Of a DNA stretch of 64,000 bases, positions 30,415-40,310 are shown one piece after another; the stretch's first letter is position 1; each line of letters starts with the position of its first letter. Location: NCBI GenBank assembly GCA_045595395.1, contig JAZOAH010000002.1, positions 2,288-66,287 on the forward strand, in the 5' to 3' direction. Origin of the DNA: Eubacteriales bacterium (lineage in GTDB: Bacteria > Bacillota > Clostridia > Oscillospirales > UMGS1783). Position numbers and translations under genes: made by a program. Below the pieces are notes generated by a model that was not told the DNA's origin, made no database searches, and saw nothing but the letters and a program-made list of their open reading frames with translations.

Positions 30415-32494
30415 CTTTCTTTTCCAACTGCTTTTCAAAGTTGCAGCCGTCCTTTAAGCAATGGGTTTTACCGCCTCGGCGTACTTCGCGGAAGAGTGTG
30501 CTGCCGCACTGGGGGCAAACATCAGACAAAGGCTTATCCCAAGTCATGAAGCCACATTCCGGCAAGTGTTCACAGGCATAATAGGTTTTGCCTTTACGTG
30601 TTTTCTTCTCGACCACACGAGCGCCGCAAATCGGGCATTTACCGGGTGTTTCAACAAGAATGGACTTGGTGTTGCGGCATTGCGGGAAGCCGGGACAGGC
30701 CAAAAACTTACCGTTCTTACCGTTGCGGATGACCATATTGCGTCCGCATTTTTCACAAATGATATCGGTGACCTCTTCCGGCACCTTGATCTTAACGCCC
30801 TCAAATTTTTTATCGGCTTCGGCCAGTGTTTTGGCAAAGTCGCCATAAAAATCACGGATAACATCGACCCAGCCGACCGTACCTTCTGCGATCTTTTCCA
30901 GGTTATTTTCCATAGCGGCGGTAAATTTGACATTAACAATATCTTTGAAATTCTCGGCCATGACCTGGTTGACCGTTTCACCGAGCGGCGTCGGCGACAG
31001 AACTTTTTTCTCTCGCTCAGCATAGTCACGACTGATGACGGTAGCAATAGTGGGAGCATAGGTGCTGGGGCGACCGATCCCCTTATCCTCCATGGCCTTG
31101 ATCAGCGTATCGTCGGTATAGCGTGCCGGAGGCTGTGTGAATTTTTGCTCAGTGAGAAGACCAAGAAACGGCAACACGTCCCCTACTGACATTTCGGGAA
31201 TACCCTTGCTTGGCGCATCCTCATCATCGCGGCTTTCACTGTAGAGCTTTGCATAGCCGTCAAAAGTGATCTTGTTATGGGTCAGCTTAAACAGATAATC
31301 ATTGGCTGTAATCTCGACAGCCGTGACATCCAGTATCTTATTGGCCATTTGACAAGCCACAAAACGACTCCATATCAGTTTATATAGCCGGTACTGTTGC
31401 GGTGTCAGACTGTCCTTAATGCGGTCCGGCACAAGGCTAACATCGGTCGGACGGATGGCCTCATGGGCATCTTGTGCATTTTTTGACTTGGTAAAGACAT
31501 TGACTGTTGTCGGGCAGTATTCTTTTCCATAAGTATTTACGATATAATGGCGGGCCGACTGCGCAGCATCGTCGGAAATACGCAACGAATCGGTACGCAT
31601 ATAGGTGATAAGACCGGTGCTGCCAATGCCTTGAATATCAATCCCCTCGTAAAGCTGTTGAGCTGTACGCATAGTGACCTCCGGACGGAAGCCAAAACGA
31701 CGTGATGCCTCACGCTGAAGGGTCGAGGTGATATACGGAGGCATGGGGCGCACTGTCTTTTTCTTTTTAGTAACATCACTGACTACATAGTCAGCTCCTT
31801 CCAATGCCGCAAGAACGGCATCGGTCTGTTCTTTATTTTTCAATTCGATCTTGCCGGACTTATTGCCATAAAAGTTAGCGGTGTATTTTGCCTTACCAAT
31901 GCCTTTGAATTGAGCAGTCAGCGACCAGAACTCTTCGGGAACAAAAGCTTCAATCTCTCGTTCCCGATCGCAAAGCATACGTACTACGACCGACTGCACA
32001 CGGCCGGCCGACAAGCCTTTTTTTATCTTTTTCCATAAAAACGGACTGATTTTATAGCCAACCAGGCGGTCTAGGACACGACGCGCCTGTTGAGCGTCAA
32101 CCATATCCAAATTGATGCAAGCCGGGTGTTTGAGTCCTTCAGTAACCGCTTTTTTACTGATCTCATTAAAGGTAATACGGTTTTTTTCGTTGATATCCAG
32201 GCCGAGCATATAAGCCAAGTGCCAGGAGATGGCCTCTCCTTCTCGGTCCGGGTCGGTTGCCAAATAAACACGTTCGCATTTGGCGGCCTTTTTCTTGATG
32301 TCATTGATCACATCTTTTTTGCCGCGCATCATGATATATTTGGGCTTAAAGTCATTCTCCACATCCACACCTAAGGAGCTGACCGGCAGATCACGCACAT
32401 GGCCGACCGATGCGACAACTTCGTAATCTTTTCCAAGATATTTCTTAATTGTTCCCGCCTTAGCCGGCGACTCAACGATCACAAGTTTTGCCAT
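30404..32494 (-). CDS. topA: DNA topoisomerase I
   Basis: 696 aa. TOPRIM N-terminus (LVIVESPAKA), catalytic GLITYMRTDS, C-terminal Cys4 zinc ribbons. Confidence 0.97.
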   Translation of the reverse strand: MAKLVIVESPAKAGTIKKYLGKDYEVVASVGHVRDLPVSSLGVDVENDFKPKYIMMRGKKDVINDIKKKAAKCERVYLATDPDREGEAISWHLAYMLGLDINEKNRITFNEISKKAVTEGLKHPACINLDMVDAQQARRVLDRLVGYKISPFLWKKIKKGLSAGRVQSVVVRMLCDREREIEAFVPEEFWSLTAQFKGIGKAKYTANFYGNKSGKIELKNKEQTDAVLAALEGADYVVSDVTKKKKTVRPMPPYITSTLQREASRRFGFRPEVTMRTAQQLYEGIDIQGIGSTGLITYMRTDSLRISDDAAQSARHYIVNTYGKEYCPTTVNVFTKSKNAQDAHEAIRPTDVSLVPDRIKDSLTPQQYRLYKLIWSRFVACQMANKILDVTAVEITANDYLFKLTHNKITFDGYAKLYSESRDDEDAPSKGIPEMSVGDVLPFLGLLTEQKFTQPPARYTDDTLIKAMEDKGIGRPSTYAPTIATVISRDYAEREKKVLSPTPLGETVNQVMAENFKDIVNVKFTAAMENNLEKIAEGTVGWVDVIRDFYGDFAKTLAEADKKFEGVKIKVPEEVTDIICEKCGRNMVIRNGKNGKFLACPGFPQCRNTKSILVETPGKCPICGARVVEKKTRKGKTYYACEHLPECGFMTWDKPLSDVCPQCGSTLFREVRRGGKTHCLKDGCNFEKQLEKKDED

Positions 32495-32503
32495 AGTTCC
32501 TCC

Positions 32504-33625
32504 TCAAACAGTGAATGTTTTTGCAAGCCCGTACAATCCACCGGGCTTCTCGGTTATTATGCCCCGAATCTGCATTTCTGTCAACAGTAAAATTACATTT
32601 GTTAAGTCCATGCCGGTTTTCAGCGAGATACCGGTCATGTCCAATTCTTCTTGTAGCAATACTTGGATAACCGCACGCATCTTTTCATCATCGGGCATGG
32701 CAGCTGATTCTTTTGCCAACTCATCATTTGGTTTTATATTGGCAAACAGGTAGCCGTAATCGGATAAAATATCCCAGGCTGAGGTTACTAATTTTGCTCC
32801 GCTTTGAATCAGGCCGTTAGGGCCTTCACTTTGGCGAACATCAGCATCGCCTGGAATAGCAAAGACATCGCGATTATACTGAAGTGCCCACTTGGTCGTG
32901 ATCAGTGAACCGCTCTTTTCCGGAGATTGAACATGAAGGACTCCGTCACTTAGGCCGGCAATCAAGCGGTTTCGGGGTTGAAAGTTTGAGCCAAGCGGGC
33001 GCGTGCCGGGTAAAAATTCGCTGAGAATACAGCTGTTCTCAGCAATGTCCCAATACAGATTATACTGAGATTGCGGATATATGACATCAATACCGCATGG
33101 CAATACGGCAATCGTTTTACCTTTACAGGCAAGTGCCGCTTTGTGTGCACAAGCATCGACTCCATCAGACATACCACCAATAATGGTACAGTTGACTTCA
33201 GCCAAATCAGTCACAATCGCTTCAGTCATTTTTCTGCCATACGACGTCATGCTGCGAGTACCGGCAACCGCAATACTTAAAATAGATTCTTTCCAAACCG
33301 GCCGCCCAAGACAAAAGAGCAGCGCCGGCGGATCATACATGGTCTTCAGATTCTGCGGATAATCTTCGTCCCAATAGGTTATCATACAAACATCATTGTT
33401 TTCGCAATAGTCAATGACCGGCTCAATGATGCTTAATGTATTTTGTGAAAGTAATTTATCTATGTGTTCTGAAGTGAGCAGCCCGCAGTTTTTCAGTTGT
33501 TGTTCGTTTGCCATAAAGACATCTTCGGCAGAGCCGAAATGGCAGATCAACGGGATGATATTGCGATTGCCGGGCGACAGGATATGTACCAGCCATACCA
33601 AATACGCAAGGGAACTTTGTTCCAT
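32504..33625 (-). CDS. dprA: DNA-processing protein DprA
   Basis: Rossmann-like DprA core (GGMSDGVDACAHKAAL...). Start is either 33643 or, better supported by an RBS, the ATG at 33623-33625 overlapping the upstream stop. Confidence 0.88.
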   Translation of the reverse strand: MEQSSLAYLVWLVHILSPGNRNIIPLICHFGSAEDVFMANEQQLKNCGLLTSEHIDKLLSQNTLSIIEPVIDYCENNDVCMITYWDEDYPQNLKTMYDPPALLFCLGRPVWKESILSIAVAGTRSMTSYGRKMTEAIVTDLAEVNCTIIGGMSDGVDACAHKAALACKGKTIAVLPCGIDVIYPQSQYNLYWDIAENSCILSEFLPGTRPLGSNFQPRNRLIAGLSDGVLHVQSPEKSGSLITTKWALQYNRDVFAIPGDADVRQSEGPNGLIQSGAKLVTSAWDILSDYGYLFANIKPNDELAKESAAMPDDEKMRAVIQVLLQEELDMTGISLKTGMDLTNVILLLTEMQIRGIITEKPGGLYGLAKTFTV

Positions 33626-34395
33626 TATTTTGACATCTCCCACATAAATATAGATGCTGCAACCGATGCATTTAAAGACTCGGTATACTGCATAGGAATA
33701 TATACCTTATTTTGACAAAAGTCAACTGCAGATTTTGACAAACCATTTCCTTCATTGCCGATCCATACAGCGCAACCGTCGGAAAAACTCATAGTATTGA
33801 CCGGTTGGGCTGCGTCACTGACGACAGCGGCATAGGATCGGATATTGTGTTGTTTAAACGCACAAGCAACCTGATCTATTGTGTCGTAAATATATATCGG
33901 CACCTTAAAGACTGCGCCCATGCTGCCGCGCAGCACTTTGAGCGAATATACATCACAGCTGCCGATAAAAAAGACGCCGTTTATCCCAAATGCTGCAGCG
34001 GAACGCAGAATGGCACCGGCATTGCCGGGGTTTTGCAGACACTCGCATACGATATACCGACCGTTGGGATCGATCGATGTCTGCGTCTTGGGAGTTCGCC
34101 CAATTACTAAAATGCTTTGAGGGGTATCCAATGAACTGGCGCGAGAAAGGGCGGATGGTGTGGCGCAGTATACCGGAACACCGGATGATTCCAGCGCATC
34201 AACCAGATCACGAACCACATCTAAACGGGTTTCATCAACAATAGCAGAAACAATGGATATACCGGCTGAAATTGCCTCCTGTACCAGCACATCGCCTTCC
34301 AGCAAAAAGACGCCGTCACGCATGCGGATCTTGCTTCGTTCTAAGGAACTGTAATATTTAATTGTGGGATTTGTCGGGCTGGATATGTACTGCAT
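33625..34395 (-). CDS. TrmH/SpoU-family RNA 2'-O-methyltransferase
   Basis: SPOUT C-terminal motifs (GNEGNGLS...IPM...ESLNASVAASI). ATG at 34393-34395 follows GGGGGA. The ORF-track N-terminus is an unsupported extension. Confidence 0.85.
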   Translation of the reverse strand: MQYISSPTNPTIKYYSSLERSKIRMRDGVFLLEGDVLVQEAISAGISIVSAIVDETRLDVVRDLVDALESSGVPVYCATPSALSRASSLDTPQSILVIGRTPKTQTSIDPNGRYIVCECLQNPGNAGAILRSAAAFGINGVFFIGSCDVYSLKVLRGSMGAVFKVPIYIYDTIDQVACAFKQHNIRSYAAVVSDAAQPVNTMSFSDGCAVWIGNEGNGLSKSAVDFCQNKVYIPMQYTESLNASVAASIFMWEMSK

Positions 34396-34548
34396 GGTTG
34401 ATTCCCCCTTTTCATTTATTATATACCCATCCCTCAAAAATGCAAATTTTTTAAAAAAAAAGTTTTTCACCGTATTTTCACATACATACTATTGTCTTGT
34501 CACAAACATCGTGCATAATAAAACTATTACAAAAAGGAGTATAAGTTG

Positions 34549-35766
34549 ATGGAAGAAAACAACAGACAATATCACCAAGATGAATACATTGCCGTAGATG
34601 TTCCTAATGAACAACCATTCAAAAAGGAATCAAAGCAAAAAGGTGTGACCAAAACAACGCTAGCCGTTGTACTGGCCTGCGCCATCGTTCTCTCTGCTAT
34701 TTTTGGTCTGGGTGGCGGCGTTATGGGATATCGATTGATGACCATGAGACCATCTCACTCACAATCGCCCGGTTCGTCAGGAAGCGATATAGCTATGAAT
34801 TCGACTCCGATCGAACTGTCGGAAGAGTCCTATAATCGCGCTACCGTTGTCCAGAACGTGTACAGCAGTGTTGTTGAAATCACAACATCTTCGGTCAGCA
34901 CCTCTATATTTATGCCGCAACAGGTTCTTAGCGGTGCAGGCAGCGGTGTTATTATCACTACCGATGGCTATATTGTGACCAATCATCATGTGATCGACGG
35001 CGCTTCTGCCATTGAGGTCACACTGGCTAACGGTGAAAGTCATGCGGCCCAACTTATCGCTTCCGATGCCGAGACCGATCTTGCTGTCATTAAGATCGAA
35101 GTTTCCGATCTTACTGCCGCCACTTTTGGAGACTCCACGCAACTGGTCGTTGGTCAGACCGTGCTTGCCATAGGCAACCCTCTCGGCTCACTCGGCGGCA
35201 CGGTTACTGAAGGAATCATCAGTGCCCTTGATCGTGAGATCACTGTTGATGAAGAATCCATGACACTACTGCAGATCAGCGCTGCAGTCAATCCCGGTAA
35301 CTCGGGTGGCGGCCTGTTCGATGAACAGGGAAACCTGATCGGTATTGTCAATGCTAAGGTCAGCGCCGATTCCAGCGGCGATCCCATCGAAGGACTTGGA
35401 TTTGCTATTCCCTGCAATTTAGTCCGTGAAGTATCGGGTGAATTGATCGATCATGGTTATGTCAGTGGCCGTGTGGCTCTCGGCGTCACATTGATCAACA
35501 TTTCCGATGAGCGTACCGCCATGATGTATCGTGTTTCCAAGACCGGCATCTATATCCTCCAAGTAGAAAGCGGATCTAACGCTGCTAATGCCGGCCTTCG
35601 TTCGGGTGACTACCTGGTAAGCATTAATGATACCAAAATTACCTCGACAGAGGATGTCGAACAAATTCTGGAAGGTATTTCTCCCGGCGATACGCTGGCC
35701 ATCACCATTGAGCGTAGCGGCCAGACTCGGACTGTTGAGGTGTTTATGGTAGAATCCACCAACTGA
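34549..35766 (+). CDS. htrA: HtrA/DegP-family serine protease (TM anchor, trypsin-like domain, PDZ)
   Basis: Catalytic triad contexts TNHHV, DLAVIK, GNSGGG. C-terminal PDZ. AAGGAG RBS. TTG at 34546 or ATG at 34549. Confidence 0.9.
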   Translation: MEENNRQYHQDEYIAVDVPNEQPFKKESKQKGVTKTTLAVVLACAIVLSAIFGLGGGVMGYRLMTMRPSHSQSPGSSGSDIAMNSTPIELSEESYNRATVVQNVYSSVVEITTSSVSTSIFMPQQVLSGAGSGVIITTDGYIVTNHHVIDGASAIEVTLANGESHAAQLIASDAETDLAVIKIEVSDLTAATFGDSTQLVVGQTVLAIGNPLGSLGGTVTEGIISALDREITVDEESMTLLQISAAVNPGNSGGGLFDEQGNLIGIVNAKVSADSSGDPIEGLGFAIPCNLVREVSGELIDHGYVSGRVALGVTLINISDERTAMMYRVSKTGIYILQVESGSNAANAGLRSGDYLVSINDTKITSTEDVEQILEGISPGDTLAITIERSGQTRTVEVFMVESTN

Positions 35767-35775
35767 TCGTAAATC

Positions 35776-35812
35776 AACAAGCCTTTGCCCATTCGGACAA
35801 AGGCTTGTTTTG
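35776..35812 (+). terminator. Intrinsic terminator of htrA
   Basis: AACAAGCCTTTG-N10-CAAAGGCTTGTT followed by TTTG, 10 nt after the stop. Confidence 0.7.
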
Positions 35813-35866
35813 ACCTGTTGCGAAAAAAACGGTTTTCATATATACTATCATGCAGGAGGAAGATAT

Positions 35867-36535
35867 ATGTATAAGATCTTAATTGTTGATGATGAAGAAA
35901 ACATTCGTAAACTCATACATAAATATGCTGAATATGAAGGATTTTCCGTTGCTGAGGCAGAAAACGGGATACAAGCTATAAAGTTAGCTCAAAAAAATGA
36001 TTTTGACCTGATCATTATGGACGTGATGATGCCGGAATTAGATGGTTTTTCTGCAACGGCTGAGATCCGAAAGATAAAGGACACACCTATCATTATGCTA
36101 TCGGCGCGCGGTGAAGAATACGATCGCATTCACGGATTTATGGCCGGCATTGATGATTATGTTGTCAAGCCCTTCTCTCCTAAAGAACTAATGCTACGCA
36201 TTCAAGCTATTCTTTCCCGTCGTAGTCGCAGTGTCGATAAAACGGATGTCTTTGAAGCAGAAGGATTAAAGATCGACTTTACCGGTCGGATCGTGACGAT
36301 CGACGGTGAGCGAGCCGACCTCTCACCGAAAGAGTACGAATTGCTCTTTTACATGGTACGCAATCGCAACATTGCCCTCTACCGAGAGAAACTACTTAGC
36401 GAAGTATGGGGATACGATTTCTTTGGGGATGACCGTACCCTGGACACACATATCAAGTTGCTTCGCAAAAGCCTTGGTGCCTACAGCAAATTCATAGTCA
36501 CGCTCAGAGGGGTGGGATATCGGTTTGAAACCTAA
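35867..36535 (+). CDS. OmpR-family response regulator
   Basis: MYKILIVDDEENIRK..DLIIMDVMMPELDG receiver domain plus winged-helix C-terminus (TLRGVGYRFE). ATG at 35867 follows AGGAGGA. Confidence 0.93.
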   Translation: MYKILIVDDEENIRKLIHKYAEYEGFSVAEAENGIQAIKLAQKNDFDLIIMDVMMPELDGFSATAEIRKIKDTPIIMLSARGEEYDRIHGFMAGIDDYVVKPFSPKELMLRIQAILSRRSRSVDKTDVFEAEGLKIDFTGRIVTIDGERADLSPKEYELLFYMVRNRNIALYREKLLSEVWGYDFFGDDRTLDTHIKLLRKSLGAYSKFIVTLRGVGYRFET

Positions 36536-38009
36536 AGAAAGCCGTACCGGCATCCGATATAAGCTATTCGCTTGCTTTGCGATTTTTGTAGCACTGACCC
36601 TTGCGCTACTATGGATTCTCCAGGTCGTTTTTTTGGATGATTTTTATAAAATGATCAAAACCAACATGATAAAGAAAGCGGCAACGGTTATAACCTACAA
36701 CTTAAATGAATCCACTGATAAACTGCAGACATTAGTCACCAGAATGTCACAGGAAGGAGAACTGTGTATCGTTGTCTACGATCTCAATGACAACGGCGCA
36801 TATTTGGCTGATTCAGATGTGTTGGTTGGTTGTTTGGTTCATAAACTCATGCCATATGACCGGTATCGTATGTGCATGTCCGCTATAGAAGCAGGCGGAG
36901 AATCGCTGCAATTATTCGAAGGTGATGTCTTCCGCAACAACGATTACAATGACGATCACTTTCACGGCAATGTTCCGCAAACCGACCCGGGTCTTTATGA
37001 TAGTCTGATGTATATCCGTGTGAAACAAAACAGTATTGGTCACAATATCGCCATTATGGTCAACGGCACCATTGCACCGGTTGATGCTACGGTACAAACC
37101 TTAGTCAATCAGATGCTGATCATTACGATCGTCCTGTTGCTTTTAGCTGCCGGATTTGCCTATATCTTGTCCCGTGTTATTGCTAAACCAATTTCAAAAC
37201 TCAATGACAGCGCAAAAGCATTAGCAACAGCCAACTATGATGTCTCCTTTCAAACGAAAGGCTATCGGGAAATTGAAGAACTTGCCAATTCTTTAGACTA
37301 CGCAGCCAAAGAATTAAGCAAAGTGGATGAATATCGCCGTGAATTGCTGGCGAATGTGTCGCATGATATGCGCACTCCCCTCACCCTCATCTCCGGCTAT
37401 GGTGAGGTTATGCGTGATATTCCGAGTGAAAACAATACAGAGAATCTCAATATTATTATATCCGAAGCCAAACGACTGACAGCGTTGGTCAATGATATGC
37501 TTGAACAAAGCCAGTATGAAGACGGTGCTGTTCATCTGAATGTTAAGACGTTTGACCTATCGGCTTGCTTGGAAGAGATCGTCAGCCGCTATCAAAAATT
37601 TACCCAAAACGATGGCTATCACATACAAGCAGACATAGACCATGACATTTTTGTAACAGCCGATCGAATTAAGATTACTCAAGCCATCTACAACCTATTA
37701 AACAATGCATTGACATACACCGGAACTGACAAGCAGATTAGCATTACACTCAAACGACAGGTCGGAATAGCTCGATTGGAGATTCGTGACACCGGCAAAG
37801 GTATCCCCAAGGAGAAAATACAACACATTTGGGATCGTTATTATAAGATCGATAAGGAACACCGTCGTGCCAGTCGCGGATCCGGACTGGGACTCTCCAT
37901 TGTCAGAAATATATTTGAATTGCATCGTGCACAATACGGTGTTGAAAGCGCTATTGACCAAGGCAGCACCTTCTGGTTTGAGTTACCCGAAGAAAATATG
38001 CACAGATAA
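36525..38009 (+). CDS. Membrane sensor histidine kinase (2 TM, extracytoplasmic loop, HAMP, HisKA, HATPase)
   Basis: H-box NVSHDMRTPLT, N-box NLLNNALTYT, G1 DTGKGIP, G2 GSGLGLSIV. TTG start at 36525 after GAGGGGTGGG, overlapping the regulator gene by 11 nt. Confidence 0.9.
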   Translation: MKPKESRTGIRYKLFACFAIFVALTLALLWILQVVFLDDFYKMIKTNMIKKAATVITYNLNESTDKLQTLVTRMSQEGELCIVVYDLNDNGAYLADSDVLVGCLVHKLMPYDRYRMCMSAIEAGGESLQLFEGDVFRNNDYNDDHFHGNVPQTDPGLYDSLMYIRVKQNSIGHNIAIMVNGTIAPVDATVQTLVNQMLIITIVLLLLAAGFAYILSRVIAKPISKLNDSAKALATANYDVSFQTKGYREIEELANSLDYAAKELSKVDEYRRELLANVSHDMRTPLTLISGYGEVMRDIPSENNTENLNIIISEAKRLTALVNDMLEQSQYEDGAVHLNVKTFDLSACLEEIVSRYQKFTQNDGYHIQADIDHDIFVTADRIKITQAIYNLLNNALTYTGTDKQISITLKRQVGIARLEIRDTGKGIPKEKIQHIWDRYYKIDKEHRRASRGSGLGLSIVRNIFELHRAQYGVESAIDQGSTFWFELPEENMHR

Positions 38010-38501
38010 GACCGAAAATATAAAAGCGCACAGATCAGCCAGCAAACCACACGTCAGAGCATAAGGCAGTTTTTTCACCCCTGCAGCACTACTGTAGAGC
38101 GCATAAGTGTAAAATGTCGTTTCCGACGAAGCGGCCAACACGCTGGCCATGCGACCAATGGCGCTGTCCGCCCCATAAACACTAAGGTAATCGGCTAATT
38201 GCGCAATACTGCCCGATCCGGAGAGCGGACGAAGTATTGCCAGTGGAATCAGTTCCGGCGGAATACCGATCCATGAGCATGTCGGCTCTATCAGTCGTGT
38301 CAGCCATTCTACGGCCCCGGAACCACGAAACATACCCAATGCTGTTAGCATGAGCATCAACATTGGTGCAACGCCGAGGATCGATCTGACCCCATCTTTT
38401 GCACCCTGTGCAAATTCATCAATAATATTAATCTTTTTTACAAGCCCTAACAGCAAGATACCGAGTATCACCAGCGGTATAACAAATGACAGTATGTTCA
38501 T
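37983..38501 (-). CDS. spmB: Spore maturation protein B (nucleoside-recognition/Gate domain membrane protein)
   Basis: 172-aa polytopic protein paired with spmA by a 4-nt overlap. Typical SpmA/SpmB arrangement. Confidence 0.8.
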   Translation of the reverse strand: MNILSFVIPLVILGILLLGLVKKINIIDEFAQGAKDGVRSILGVAPMLMLMLTALGMFRGSGAVEWLTRLIEPTCSWIGIPPELIPLAILRPLSGSGSIAQLADYLSVYGADSAIGRMASVLAASSETTFYTYALYSSAAGVKKLPYALTCGLLADLCAFIFSVLSVHIFFG

Positions 38502-39061
38502 AGCCTCCTAGTCAGTGCCTTAATTAATACAATACCGATGATTGCCGAAGCAAAAGACGTTAACCAGACGCAAAGCAAAATGTCAGCCGGCATCACCGAT
38601 CCTGCTGAGGCACGCATACTGATGATCGTTGTGGGAATGAGTTGTATTGATGCGCTGTTGAGTACACAGAAGACTCCCATAGCCGACGTGGCATGACCAT
38701 GTGACTTCTCCCCCATGCGCCGCATGGCTGCAAGCCCTGCCGGCGTGGCGGCATTTCCGATGCCAATAACATTAGAAATCATGTTTGTCGTTATATGATC
38801 AAGGGTCACGGGGTCGGTTTCATTACGAAATAAGAGCCTTGTTATGGGAGCGAGCCATTTGGCAAGTATTGTCAAGAGTCCCGACTTTTTTGCAATGCGA
38901 AACAACCCACTCCACAACGCCATGGTGCCGATTAGGCTTATGCATAAGGTTACGGCGTCCTGAGCCCCGGCCAAAGTGCTTGTAAGCAACATATTGCCGT
39001 TTCCGTTGAGTATTGCGACGATAACGGAAATCAGCATTAGTGCAAAAATAATGTACGCCAA
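38498..39061 (-). CDS. spmA: Spore maturation protein A
   Basis: 187-aa polytopic Gate-domain protein. TTG start after GGGGG. Confidence 0.8.
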   Translation of the reverse strand: MAYIIFALMLISVIVAILNGNGNMLLTSTLAGAQDAVTLCISLIGTMALWSGLFRIAKKSGLLTILAKWLAPITRLLFRNETDPVTLDHITTNMISNVIGIGNAATPAGLAAMRRMGEKSHGHATSAMGVFCVLNSASIQLIPTTIISMRASAGSVMPADILLCVWLTSFASAIIGIVLIKALTRRL

Positions 39062-39153
39062 GACAGTGAACCCCCTAACGATATAAAATTACATTTTGCT
39101 ATTGACGAAAATTGTCAATTTATGTTACATTAAAGAAAAGGATGGTGAAAGTT

Positions 39154-39396
39154 ATGAAAGCAACAGGCATCGTCAGACAGGTGGATGAGCTCGGACGTAT
39201 CGTATTGCCTATCGAATTACGAAGAATCATGGATATTAACATTAAAGATCCCCTTGAAATCTATGTGGAAAATGACACGATCATTCTCAAAAAATATCAG
39301 GCGGGATGTATTTTCTGCGGAAATGCCCAAGTGGTTAACTATAAAGGCAAAGCCATTTGCCCTGACTGCATCAAAGAAATGTATGACCAGATATAA
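39154..39396 (+). CDS. AbrB/SpoVT-family DNA-binding protein with C-terminal Cys4 zinc-ribbon-like tail
   Basis: MKATGIVRQVDELGRIVLPIELRRIMDI = swapped-hairpin AbrB domain. C-terminus has CIFCG-x14-CPDC. 80 aa from the ATG at 39154. Confidence 0.85.
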   Translation: MKATGIVRQVDELGRIVLPIELRRIMDINIKDPLEIYVENDTIILKKYQAGCIFCGNAQVVNYKGKAICPDCIKEMYDQI

Positions 39397-39439
39397 AAAT
39401 ATGCCGGAACGCATGACCTTCCGGCATATTTTTCTTTTT
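39397..39439 (+). terminator. Intrinsic terminator of the abrB-like gene
   Basis: AAATATGCCGGAA-N9-TTCCGGCATATTT (13-bp stem) followed by TTCTTTTT. Confidence 0.8.
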
Positions 39440-39488
39440 ATTTCTACTGATTGATGATATAATATCAAAAAAACAAGAGGTACACCTG

Positions 39489-40310
39489 ATGAATACAGTT
39501 CTTCAAGCGGAAGATTATCAAGAGCCCGCCTGTCCGTTATGCATGAATACCGATGCGGCTAAAGCGATCCCGATAAAACGCATTATTGACAAGTTAGACG
39601 AACATCTGAATCGCAATGACTATGAATCCGCCGAACAACACCTAAATTATTGGCTGACTGACGCAGCGACAGTCGGTGATGAACGCGGCAAACTGACCTT
39701 AATCAATGAGCGCATGGGACTGTATCGCAAGCTTGGGCGCAAGGCTGAAGCGCTGGCTGATGCTACAACCGGCATAGAGCTTCTTTCACAGTTGGAAATA
39801 CAAAACAGCATTACTGCCGGCACGACATACTTGAATGCAGCTACGGTGTATAAGGCCTTTGGTGCACCCGAGCAGGCGGTATCGTTATATGAAAAAACAC
39901 TAGACATTTACAAGGAAACACTGCCTCCCAAAGATTCACTTTTTGGCGGCTTGTATAACAATATGGCACTTGTCTTGGTGGATTTACAGCGGTTTGATCA
40001 AGCAAACGACTACTATATCAAGGCATTAAATATCATGAAAGATATCGAAAATGGTGAACTGGAGCAAGCTATCACCTATCTGAATATGGCCGATGCTGTG
40101 GCTGCTCAGTTTGGAAGGCAGGAAGCAGATGATATGATAAACCGCTATATAAACAATGCCGAATCCTTACTTGAAACTTCGCATCTGCCCAGAAACGGCT
40201 ACTATGCATTTGTGGCAGAAAAATGTGCGCCCACCTTTCGCTTTTATGGCTATTTTGCTTACGCTAATGAATTAGAAAAACGGGCACGGAGGATCTATGA
40301 AGGGGCTTGA
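39489..40310 (+). CDS. Tetratricopeptide-repeat protein
   Basis: 273 aa. Several TPR-like A-x-x-x-Y/L-x-x-A-L helix pairs (YEKTLDIYKE, NDYYIKALNI). N-terminal CPLC. Confidence 0.7.
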   Translation: MNTVLQAEDYQEPACPLCMNTDAAKAIPIKRIIDKLDEHLNRNDYESAEQHLNYWLTDAATVGDERGKLTLINERMGLYRKLGRKAEALADATTGIELLSQLEIQNSITAGTTYLNAATVYKAFGAPEQAVSLYEKTLDIYKETLPPKDSLFGGLYNNMALVLVDLQRFDQANDYYIKALNIMKDIENGELEQAITYLNMADAVAAQFGRQEADDMINRYINNAESLLETSHLPRNGYYAFVAEKCAPTFRFYGYFAYANELEKRARRIYEGA

